This document shows, piece after piece, positions 24,060 to 34,644 of a DNA stretch of 64,000 nucleotides. This DNA comes from Neoechinorhynchus agilis (taxonomy: Eukaryota; Animalia; Acanthocephala). Location of the stretch: contig CM121342.1 of NCBI GenBank assembly GCA_051530055.1, forward strand, positions 12,415,480 through 12,479,479, in the 5' to 3' direction. The translations under genes and the position numbers were made by a program. The first letter of the stretch is position 1, and each line of letters opens with the position of its first letter. The notes below the pieces were generated by a model. That model had not been told where the DNA came from. It worked only from the letters and a program-made list of their open reading frames with translations, and did not search any database.

Positions 24060-26110
24060 AAGTAGGGATACTGCTTCGCCCTACTCGGTTTGGCTGCTGT
24101 ACACCTTGTGGCGTAGAGGCGATCGTTCATTCGCAACGCACTTTCATCACCGGAAACTCAAAGCCGTGCGTGATCTTGAAATGTGATTTCAAAAATGCAT
24201 TCAACACAGTTCACCGAGCAGATTTGTTCGACGTAGTTAGAGATCACGCACCAGAAGCATTTCGCTATTTCGTTAATGCCTATGGGACTCCAACACCCTT
24301 GTTGTTCAATAATCACGTTTTGTGGTCAGAAAGAGGATTTCAACAAGAGGATGCTTTTGGCCCAATAGCCTTCTCACTCTGTCAGTTCCGTCGCGCACTC
24401 CATCCAGTCCAGCTTTAACGACTGGTACCTGGATGATGCCACGCTCAGAGGTAAGCCCACTGTAGTACTGCGCGATTTGGAGATACTCGTGAAGGAGACG
24501 GTGAAAATTTGCATGGAATGCTGCGAAATGCGAGATTTTAGTGATGAACGTGGAAGACGAGGTGAAAAATGTTTGGAACCTGGCCTCCCGGGATAGAATT
24601 GATCACTCTAAACCGGTTGACTCTTCGTGCAAGCGGTATTTTTTACTTAAATGTGGAAGCAGATGTTGCCAACCTTCAACCGCAACCTACGATGCTGTGC
24701 AAACGAGTTTGTCCTAACACCTCGGCAAAACAACCAACGTCGTAAATAACTTACAAGTAAATATCTGATCCACATTAACATTCCCCCAACCAACTCAATC
24801 GCGCGCTGAAAATTATACAATTTACCAAATCAAATATCTATTGCTAGCTGAGCGTTACATGCTCTGAGGAAAATTGCCTAATTGCAACAGCAATTAAAGT
24901 ACCATCAACACTAAAGAAAGATTGCTCATCATGTGCTGCTGGTTTCTGGTAGCGAGCGGCAGTCTTTATTATCCCCCAATTGCTTCTGTGGGTACCCTTC
25001 TCTCCGACGAGACAGTAAGGATTGCAGTGTTCCTGAGACTTGGGGTATCGATGCGCACATCCCATCGCTGAATTTCCTTAAGAAACCATTTTAGTTTTTT
25101 AAAAGCGAGCCTGTATTTAATCTAAACATAATATTGGATGATTTGAATTTAAAACCCGAAAGGAAAATGGAAAACGTAATTGCTGAACTAAAATCAATAT
25201 TGATTGAATCATATTCATTTGTAAGCGAAATTCCACACTTTGGAAAGGTTTGATTTCTCGCTTTTTTTCGGCTCAAAGAAAAACCTAGCGTATCTGAGTA
25301 TTTGGTTCAAAGGAGGGCCTGGCGTATGTGAGTATCCGGCTCAAAGAAAAACCTAGCGTATCTGGGTATTTGGTTCAAAGGAGCACCTGGCATATCTGAG
25401 TATCCGGCTCAAAAGAGGACCTGGCGTAGCGGAGTATCCGGCTCAAAAGGAAGGAGTCATTGCTCAAAAATAAAAAGGGAGGAAACTGATTCGGTGTTGA
25501 GGAGACTCAATGAGTCACAAGCAAACACGAAGATGAGAAGAGTCACTTGCGGAGCGATCGTGGAACCATCGAGACGCCATGATCTCGTCTGTCGGCAATC
25601 AGGCGAAAGGATACTCACGACACGTAGAAGTGAACGACATTCTTATTCATGCCCTGAATTCTGTGAGTGCATCAAACATTTTAGATCCGAGCAATCTTTG
25701 ATGGCTCGATGGTACTAGAGTGGACGTTGTCACAGTATTCCCGTGGGGATTGAAGGCAAATGCCTCGTCTGGGACGCCATATGCAGCCAGCAACATAAAA
25801 TTCGGCGCTATTAAACCAGGGGAAGCAGCGACCGCCGCTGACGAACGCAAGACTAAAGAAATCATTTCGTTCCCTTTGGCATCGAGACACTGGGATCGTT
25901 TGGTAACGCGGCGGAGGATCTGGCCCGGGAATTGTAGAAGAGACTGAGATGAATCACTGACGATCCGAGATCAAGAGCATTTCTTCTGCAAAACTTCAGT
26001 CTGGATGTGCAACAGGGGACGCTGCATGCGTCCTTTCGACCTTTACACTAGGACGGAAGCTGAGTGATCCAGAGCGGTGGTGTAAAATGTTAATAAACTC
26101 TTTTGGTAAA
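24060..26110 (+). mobile_element. Fragmented second CRE-type copy or copies
   Basis: ILKCDFKNAFN and GFQQEDAFGP at 24060-24710, RIAVFLRLG at about 24940-25070, RLE and 3' end at 25540-26110. Confidence 0.8.
25270..25450. repeat. 34-bp minisatellite with alternating A/B units, about 5 units
   Basis: GGCTCAAAGAAAAACCTAGCGTATCTGAGTATTT alternates with GGTTCAAAGGAGGGCCTGGCGTATGTGAGTATCC. Confidence 0.85.
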
Positions 26111-26199
26111 AAATAAAGAATTACGGGTTTTTATTTGCCGGAAGTTTTTAAATGGCCGATAAATTCTTGACGTGAATTCATCATGATTCGCATTCACCT

Positions 26200-26685
26200 T
26201 TACAATAGTTGTAACTTTCCCGTCACTTGATTGATTAAAGCTTCATCGTCCGGACCTATGCCAAGCACAGTGAGTGACCCCTCTTCAATTTGAGTTCGAC
26301 CAGCATCGGAAATGAGAGTAGTAATCAAATTTAACTTTTTAGCGTTTTTGTTCAATTCAAAAAGTTCATTCTTACTTCCACACCTGAGAACGATTTTCGC
26401 CTGTCCATTTAAACTATTCCATGACTTTAGAACTTCTGGGTTTCGCATCTGGGTCTTAACGTAGCAACCAACTGCTGCATGAGCACACTGTGCTCCTATC
26501 TTTCCTCGTCCCATTCCAAGGTCCGTCCGGACTACCATGACCATTTTAAACCTATTTGCACTGCTTGGCCGCGCGATAGTCGGTAAAACTCGCCAAAATA
26601 AACGTTTTAGAGCACTAGACGATAGAAACCCGATAAATGACCCAGCCAATAGGCCAACTGTTAACGATTGGAAATCCAATTGCAT
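26200..26685 (-). CDS. PTRH2: Peptidyl-tRNA hydrolase 2 (Bit1), intronless
   Basis: N-terminal TM helix, KMVMVVRTDLGMGRGKIGAQCAHAAV, DAGRTQI, TVLGIGP, VTGKLQLL. Confidence 0.95.
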   Translation of the reverse strand: MQLDFQSLTVGLLAGSFIGFLSSSALKRLFWRVLPTIARPSSANRFKMVMVVRTDLGMGRGKIGAQCAHAAVGCYVKTQMRNPEVLKSWNSLNGQAKIVLRCGSKNELFELNKNAKKLNLITTLISDAGRTQIEEGSLTVLGIGPDDEALINQVTGKLQLL

Positions 26686-26987
26686 CAGCTCTGATAGAAC
26701 AAATCGATTTCTTCATCCTACGCAGACATTTCTTTCTTAGTTTTAAGAAAAACCGATTTTCGTACTTGATTTTGTTTATTACGAATGTTTGATAATCGAA
26801 CACTACAATGGAGCGCATATTGTGATCTCTTAAGAGGTATTGAATGACTTTCAATACTCTACAAGACATCATTTTTCACGGAATGGTCAAATGTTCACTT
26901 TGGTTCAATCGACTCAATTTAAAGACCGATTCTGGAAACTAAATTTTCGCTGGGAGTATATCTAAAAATTGAATAAAATTTTCGCGA

Positions 26988-27116
26988 TGTATTCCTGCGA
27001 CAAAATATCTCGCTCGCAGTACAACGAGGCAATGCTGCTAGCGTGATAGCGACGGTCGAGGAAGGAGAGAAGCTAAGATTTTGTGGACGGTGGTGATTGC
27101 ACGTTTTGTACTTTAT
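26988..27116 (+). mobile_element. CRE-type 3' end fragment
   Basis: FLRQNISLAVQRGNAASVIAT...GRW*; closely matches 11315-11440. Confidence 0.85.
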
Positions 27117-28508
27117 TATATTATCAAATTTAACCAAGTAAAATTGGTCCCTTGTAAAAAAACATATTAGAAAATTTAAACGAAAACTGGTGATGATGAA
27201 ACCCCGGTGAGGTTCGCAGAATGTTTTTAATCGAAAAATTGTTTACCGCGGGTACAGACTTCTAAACAATAATTCTCTAATCATATACTCCTCACATATC
27301 GACATTTTGATATTTAATTTTCAGATCTTTAGCGATGTCACTTGTTTTGAAATTTACAAACTATACATTTTTGAGCTTTTGAATATTTAAATCAGTCTTC
27401 TACATCAAGAGACGGCACTTCTAGTGATAGAATACAATTGAAGAAGGGTCAACGTCCTTATTTAGTAAATCGTTTTCTTTGAGTACGCTGAAATAATTGG
27501 CGTGTAACAAGTAGTATTTGTAACAGTTTTGTTACCGAATCTTTCTTTTATAAATAAACCTCGGTGTGTATGCTACTTTGATGACTGTCTTTAATGGCGC
27601 TTCTTTGATTAAAGTTTGCGATTGTTTGTGGTCGTTCTCGAATGAATAAAAGGAAGACGTGGACCTATAAAGGATAGTTGAGCTGTTTCTCCACTCGAAA
27701 CCATCCTATAAAAGAAATGTCAGATGAAATTCAATGTCCGCTTGTTCAACGATACGTACACGAAATCCAGAATGATGCTTTCCGAGCTCTTTGCTGCTGC
27801 CAGTGTTGTCCTCTGAGGGCAACACAATATAGAAAGAACAAAGCAGGATCCCGAATTAGAATAAGGGTAAGTCTTTGGTGTTTGTATGTGCTCTTGTAGC
27901 TGCTTTTAATCTACCATAATAGGTTAAATATAGCGGAGATCGTTATGCAGATCTCGAAGCGGAAATATTGACCGGTAAGGATAACAAAAGCACCGCCAAG
28001 TTCCATAGAATCTTGAACCGTTCAGTGCTTCCTACCAGTGAAATTCCAGAATTCTAGAGATTAGAGTTTTCATAGCAGGCTTAGTATCGTTAGAAACAAC
28101 AATAAATTACACTTAGCATCGATTGACAAGTTTCGCGTGATTGCCAAAGGTAATGGATGTAAGAGACGTGAAGATTTTTATCATTTACCAACACAACTTA
28201 ACTTTTTGTTGCAGAGTAAAATGTTCGATTATCATTACCAGTATTAGAACTACATTGGTTACCAGTAAATAGGAAGTTTCAATCAGCAAAGTTAAAGTAT
28301 AAAAGCAGTGATGAAATTGGGACTTGAGTATTTATTAGCAGACCCTACGATTTAGGCTCCGAGAATCACTTTATAACGAAAATAAGATTTTGTACTTTGC
28401 TTTATCATGTAATCTTCGATTGATAAAAATCTTTTTAAGATTACTGCTAAACATACTTTATTATTTCTCGTCAATAAAACTACCAGTAATTTTGATCCTT
28501 AATTCTTC

Positions 28509-30919
28509 TCATGTTATCACAGTTGGATCTCGTCTCTCTAAAAATCGTGGCAAGTCGCTTATTTGGAATGCCAGATCTACCAGTGGTCTAATTGCATCGT
28601 CGTGGCTCATCTGAGCGGCTTTCTTACAATCAGGTTCATTTGTCTCAAGATACATTCGAACAGTAGCTCCGCTGCTTCCTGTTCCACTAATTCTAAAAAT
28701 CATTCGAGCTCCGTTCTCGAATAAAATCCTAACACCTTGATTCTCAGCGCGAGATCCATCGACTGGATCAACATAGCAAAAGTTATCAATCTTTGTCAAT
28801 CGGTACTCATTTGATCCGCTTTTGTAGATTCTATTGAAGTTAGGATCCCCACTTTGAGATACGAGAGCATTCAAGTGTTTAAAAAGATCACTAGCTTTGT
28901 CACTTTCGCATTCCTCAAAATCATAGCGTGTGAAGAAATGTCGACCGAATTTAGTCCAATGTTCCTGCAAAAGTTCTTGTGTGGATTTTTGCGTACGGGC
29001 CATGATGGATAACCACGCAAGTACAGCCCACATTCCGTCCTTTTCTCTTATATGATTTGAACCAGTTCCGAAACTCTCTTCCCCACACAAACAAATTAGA
29101 TTGGCGTCCATTAAGTTACCAAAGTACTTCCAACCTGTTCGAGGATGTTAAGCGCTTTTGGAAGAAGCGGGCGGGACTAGAAAATACCAAGAGTAGAAAT
29201 GACTAGAAATTCGAATTTTGTTAAAAGTTAACCACATGAAGTTCAAAACATACTTTTAAACTAAGCCTAAGAGCTAATAAAGTAGTGGTATTTGACAGCA
29301 GTTTGATTTCTAAAAACGGTCAAGATTAGCTTTTGAAACCATACTACCGGTTACATTTCCATAAGCGCCAACTCCTCTTAGCAGTCTCATAACACTTTAC
29401 GTTCATCTTAACAGCCACGGCGTCGATTGCCTGTGAAGTAGGCATACTTCGGGCAAATCCAGTGACCTTATTCTTAAAATACGGGATGCAATCCAAATGA
29501 GCCGCAATTACTGCAAGTGAATCACACGGATTCACAAAGAAACCATTACGACCAACAATCATATTTCTATCCCCGTCACCATCAAAGGCAAATCCGAAAT
29601 CATGCCGACCATTGGCCATTAGATCCAGAAGCTCTCGTGCGTATGTTGTGTTCGGATCAGGATGCCCTCCACCAAAATCATCGAGACAGTTACATTTGAC
29701 TGCATCTTCATCTTCCATCCCAAGATCTTCAACAAGGATTTGCTTTATATATGGACCCATCACACCATGTAGAGCATTACCTGTCACTCTAAAACCTGTC
29801 AACAGTTTACGAATCGCATCAAAATCAAAGAGCTGTTTCATGTAACCGTGATAAGGGCTGACACAATCCACCACATTGATGATAAATGATCCCATATTCT
29901 CCACTTGCATTACGTACCGACCAACGGTGTGGAGATCGAATTCAATGTCTGCGCAAATTCGATACTCAGACAATGATTTCGAGACTTCATAGGCTGAATT
30001 CGTCCAGGTTTCCAAAGCCGGACCTCCGTTACTGCCGTTGAATTTTATTCCAAAGTCGCCATGTGGGCCGCCTGGATTGTGGCTGGCTGTTAGGGCTTCA
30101 ATGTCACAAGTAAAAGCTTCACCCAGCAATAGATTGAATCATCTCATTAAAGAAAATCTTAGTGGCAGCGCTGTTAAACCGTTTTTATGATTAACGGATG
30201 GTCATGGTAACAAAACGAACCGCACAAATATTTCATCTAGATTTAATTTTGATGCCTAAAAAATTTTAGATAGGAAATACAAGAGCTGGTGCCTTCCTGC
30301 GCTAAAACATTGGTCTCACGATCCAAAGAGGAAACGCAGCGAGTGTGGTTGCGACCACTGAGGGTAGAGCGATGCCTCTTCTTCGTGGACGGTGGTAATT
30401 CTTGAAACGTTTTGTTGTTATGTGTGTAAATGAAAGAGTTGCTTTCAAAAAAATCTTAAAAGAGGTTTTAAAATTTTTTAAGATTGGTATTTAGGAATAT
30501 AACCCATTTAACGAATTTTTCCTTTAATTCTAGATTGTGACATTGTGCGTTAAAATTAATCCTGCGTCAAGTTCCATTGAGCGGATCATATAAGAAGCGG
30601 CTGGCGTAGAACAAATTCCATCCAAAGCAACATTTACTTCTGCAACACCGTTAGCGGGTGCCATTTTAACAACGATAGCGATGCATTCCTTCACCAAATA
30701 TCGACCATCACCACCTACAAATAGTCTGAGGGGTTTTCCCTTGTTAGTCTCAGATCTCGGTTGTGATGGAAGTGTATTGAAGAAAGACTGAAGAAAGTTC
30801 TCCATGTAATGCTCCTGTTGGAAATGCGGGACCCTTTTACGAAGACCACTTGTTCCCGGTTTCTGGTCATCGTAAGGGACGGTTTTTACTGTTGTGATTG
30901 GTGCAGGAATCGCCGACAT
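28509..30919 (-). CDS. PGM1: Phosphoglucomutase, three exons with two non-canonical introns
   Basis: QKPGTSGLRK, TASHNPGG (phosphoserine), DGDGDRN, TGWKYFGNLMDA, CGEESFGTG, REKDG, FRISGTGSSGATVRMY, PTVIT. Confidence 0.95.
29142..29382 (-). other. PGM intron 2, putative non-canonical intron of about 241 nt (exact junction uncertain)
   Basis: Lies between YET and (x)TGWKYF. Imperfect inverted repeat GAGGA-GTTGGCGCTTATG versus GAGGATGTTAAGCGCTTTTG. Confidence 0.5.
30089..30548 (-). other. PGM intron 1, putative non-canonical intron (460 nt)
   Basis: Removal gives GLILTASHN. 11-bp inverted repeat CAATGTCACAA at 30099-30109 and 30535-30545; TAAC direct repeat; no GT-AG solution keeps the motif. 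Confidence 0.75.
30272..30430 (+). mobile_element. CRE-type 3' end fragment inside PGM intron 1
   Basis: Closely matches 22013-22170 (GGAAATACAAGAGCTG...TTCTTGAAACGTTTTGTTGTT). Confidence 0.9.
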
Positions 30920-31074
30920 CTAAAAACAATTCGTCAATTTGCGACTAAATGAACACTGAACCTAGCACAAGGGTTTGTAGTTACCGAAGCATAATTTTTG
31001 CGAGCGTCTCCATGGAAACAAGAATATATCTAATGAAACGACGGACCAGTTAACAAATTAAAAGGACACAGACG

Positions 31075-31737
31075 ATGATTAACGAGCGGAAGTATGAAGA
31101 ATGCAAGAATTTGGTAGATGCGGTTTTGAGTAGCAAAGCTAAGCAATCTAAGAAGACGGGACGTCAAAATACTCGATCGGCCAAGAAGACCGGGAAATCA
31201 AACTTGAAAAGAAAGGCAGGGGGCAAAACCGTCAAAGAGAGGAAACCGATCGGGTCGAAAAAGGACCAGTCATTCAAAAAGTGCCAGGAGATTTTGCGGT
31301 CAATGAGTGGCAAGAAGGTTAAGAAGGAAGTTCCGCGAAAAAAAAGAACGAGAAGTGTTGCTTCTAAAAGAACAATGCGATTGAGGGATAAATTGGCAAA
31401 TATGCCAAGGAAACCGTTGCTAAAAAATATCACTTTAACCGAAGATAATTTCGCTTATAGCCATATTTGCAATAGAGCCGTTGATGATTTACCGTCGATT
31501 AGTGTCAAGGACATCGTTAGACTAAAAGAGAATAAGATCGAGACGATTCAACAGCTCGTTGGAACGTATTTGATGACTGGCGATCAGACTAATTACGTTA
31601 ATTGGATAACGCAACAGGCTAAAATAAGTGAGGAGTATGCAATCAAGCTGTCGAATTTACTTAGTCAATGGAGTGATTACAATGTGAACGTTGGGAAAAA
31701 TAGTCGTGTGGAAGAAATTGTGCAAAGAAGGGTCTGA
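31075..31737 (+). CDS. Lys/Arg-rich N-terminus fused to a BAF (barrier-to-autointegration factor)-like domain
   Basis: C-terminal VDDLPSI...L.....QQLVGTYL...D...NWI......LSQW follows the BAF pattern by eye; about 100 aa of K/R-rich N-terminus. Confidence 0.6.
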   Translation: MINERKYEECKNLVDAVLSSKAKQSKKTGRQNTRSAKKTGKSNLKRKAGGKTVKERKPIGSKKDQSFKKCQEILRSMSGKKVKKEVPRKKRTRSVASKRTMRLRDKLANMPRKPLLKNITLTEDNFAYSHICNRAVDDLPSISVKDIVRLKENKIETIQQLVGTYLMTGDQTNYVNWITQQAKISEEYAIKLSNLLSQWSDYNVNVGKNSRVEEIVQRRV

Positions 31738-32137
31738 AATAATCTTGAGTTTCAGTAGCATATCTTTGTGCACGGTCGTGTAGGAAGATATGTCATGAGA
31801 AGAACGAGTTTGGGTGTAGGCAACATGAGTGCCAAAAATAAACGACATGGAGCACAAATGTTTCATAGTCGCATCCTACCTAAGAATAGTGGCAAGCTGC
31901 AACCACTTACAGATTGATCGATATGATCTATATCTATTCGATTTTAAAGATCGAAAATTTTTCGTTTCCACCTAAGACAATATCATAGCCATAAAATAAT
32001 TTCCATAGCACGCGTAATGCCATAGTAATTCAGTTTTTGGGTATCCACTTTTCAGATCCTAGACGATAATCTATAAAAACTTCTTCGGCTAAAAAGTAAG
32101 CAGTATTACTACGATCAAAGAGCTTGAAAACGTTCAT

Positions 32138-32314
32138 CGATATTTCCTGTGATAATTCCGACATTATTAAGGGTTGTCATTGTAAATTGTTCCAAGATAA
32201 AAGAGAAAGTTAACTCTCATTGCGAAAAATTGCTTTTTAACTTTCTCTTTTATCTCCAAACAACCTACAATGACAAACCTTGATAATATCAGAATTATCC
32301 GATGTGAAATATCG
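32138..32314. repeat. About 177-bp fold-back with about 75-bp imperfect arms; the right arm carries a hammerhead-like motif
   Basis: CGATATTTC...AAGAGAAAGTTAA / TTAACTTTCTCTT...GAAATATCG; TTGATAA...GAAATATC at 32279-32315. Confidence 0.8.
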
Positions 32315-32939
32315 GAAATAAAACAGTGAGGGTGGCATGTTTTTTATATGGCGGAAAATTAATCGAATTTATTAAATTCGATATGTTGACACAATCTCGT
32401 GCCTTTATCAAGGTACCCCGACGACAATAATCCAAGATATATAGGTTAAGTTGAGAAGTTGATAATCAAATCGAATAGCGAAAAGCTAAGAAAAATATGT
32501 TTAAGCAATTTGAGGAAATTGTGCCGCTATAACCGCATTCGCCTCAATCCAACACGAAATAATAAAATTGTTGATTTAAGCTATTAAATTCCGTAGGCAT
32601 ATGTATATTGTTGGTTTGATTTCAGACATCCCTATTAAGCAAAGCTTAAATTGTTCTTGTGCTTAATATACCAGCAAAAATATAGGCAATTAACAAGGTT
32701 ATAAGGGTAGATATAGATCTAAAAGTCGACTTTAATTGGTTTGCAGAAGATGAACGAAATTGAAAATATCAATGCATAGTCGTTTGAAGAGCTTAACAAA
32801 AGTCTATAAAATGTCAACGTAATTCTATCTTGGACAAGATTTCACACGTTTTCGTCTTTGATGCTCACTTACACTTCTTGACAGGTAAAGGCATTCGCTA
32901 TAAAATAGGCTACTAACAAAAGTTAAGCGAGTTAGCAAA

Positions 32940-33989
32940 ATGAAACTCTGTATTTTATCCCTAATGACAATAGTGATTGTCGTATCATCTGCATTAAAAT
33001 GTGTAGTGGACAGAAATGTCGATGGAAACAAAAGTAACCCGTTCGAACATTGTGACTTACTAACACGTGAAATGGTTATTGAAGGATTTACGTTCAATAA
33101 GTTGCCGAAATACTTTACGTCGCCGTTTAAACTAAAAAAACTAAGGCTAGAAAATGGAGGGAAATTTTTTGGGCAACGCGTTCTGACAGAAACCAAGGGT
33201 TTAATTGATCTGAGAATTGTTAACATGGGAGTTACCAAATTACGGTTTATTGGCAAACATGAAAATTTGGAATATCTTGATATATCCCGAAACGCAATTA
33301 GTGACGTTTTATTAGCGAAGAGAATCAAGGAAGTGAAACAAATATTCGCAAAGGACAATAACTTTACGAGTCTGGATGGATTTCGACGCCTAAGGAAGAT
33401 GAGAAGTTTAATTCTGTCAAAAAACATGATAAGCGAAGTAAAAATCGACTGCCCGAAGGATTTTCACGACCTAAGAATTATATCTCTATTTCACAACCCA
33501 ATCGAGCGACTAGAAATAAATAATCAGAAAAGGTGCAGGCATTTGAGAACAATGAAACTATCGTATGGCAGGGTAATAACCGATATTTTCGACCAAATAA
33601 AAGAATTACCTGAATTGAGTGAACTTTATGTGAGATCAGCAATAGTTTCACCGGGAACAACTCTAAAACCAGGAAATGTAAGACATCTTGTCATAACAAC
33701 GTCAAAAATGAAGCACTTTCCGAGCTTCGGTGAAAATCGACTCCACTCTCTAACCCTCGAAGAAGGACATATCAGTCAAATCGAACAAGGGGATCTCGTT
33801 CCTCTAAAAGATATCGAGGAACTAATTTTGAGAAATAATCGGATACGAGAAATAGAGCCAGACGCATTTTCGGGAAACTGCTTATTCCTAAAGCGCTTGG
33901 AACTGACAGGACAAAACGATTTGATTTCAACGGATGAATGGTTCAGAAGACTACCGAAAAAGATAGAGCTAGTGTGGAATCAAAATTGA
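32940..33989 (+). CDS. Secreted leucine-rich-repeat protein (349 aa), intronless
   Basis: Signal peptide MKLCILSLMTIVIVVSSA; LxxLxLxxN repeats such as LEYLDISRNAI, MRSLILSKNMI, IEELILRNNRIREIEPDAF. Confidence 0.85.
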   Translation: MKLCILSLMTIVIVVSSALKCVVDRNVDGNKSNPFEHCDLLTREMVIEGFTFNKLPKYFTSPFKLKKLRLENGGKFFGQRVLTETKGLIDLRIVNMGVTKLRFIGKHENLEYLDISRNAISDVLLAKRIKEVKQIFAKDNNFTSLDGFRRLRKMRSLILSKNMISEVKIDCPKDFHDLRIISLFHNPIERLEINNQKRCRHLRTMKLSYGRVITDIFDQIKELPELSELYVRSAIVSPGTTLKPGNVRHLVITTSKMKHFPSFGENRLHSLTLEEGHISQIEQGDLVPLKDIEELILRNNRIREIEPDAFSGNCLFLKRLELTGQNDLISTDEWFRRLPKKIELVWNQN

Positions 33990-34644
33990 AGAATACTCGT
34001 AGGAATGTGTTTAGAGATAAACACGATTCTGCAAGAATTTTAAACGAAAAGAGTATATATTGAGGGTTACATTCGGGTGGTGGTAAGGGATATGTTGTTA
34101 TTTAGGCCGCTTGTCGACATTCGAGGGCAGACACCTGAATTAAATCCATGGCGCTAAGAAGGGGTCATAAACTGATAAAACATATTCGTCTTTCAATTTT
34201 TAGACCAATAACCTTGATTATCCATATTAAAACATGGAGTCATTGTCATTTCAATGTTTTTCAGATGAAAATAAAAGTTAGGTAGATTTTTATATGAAGG
34301 CGAAACACATTTGATTCTTCGCTTAAGCAACATGATATATAAAAGCAACCCATATCGATGCCTGAATGCTTGAAGATTGAAATGCCCATGTTTGTTTATG
34401 GCGTAAAGATTCAAATATTTCGGCGCACAATCTATTTGAACGCGCTTATCAAAGTTGTAAATTTATCTAATCGACTAGCGTTGATAAAGTCGTACAAAAG
34501 GAATGTGCGCCGAAATATTGGAATTTTTACGCCAGATACAAACATTTTACTGGATCAAAAAAATGTTACATACCTACAAAGAAAAGCGTTAGAGCAATAA
34601 AAATATGATCGTATCTAATTTGCTCGTATGATTCCAATAGGTCC

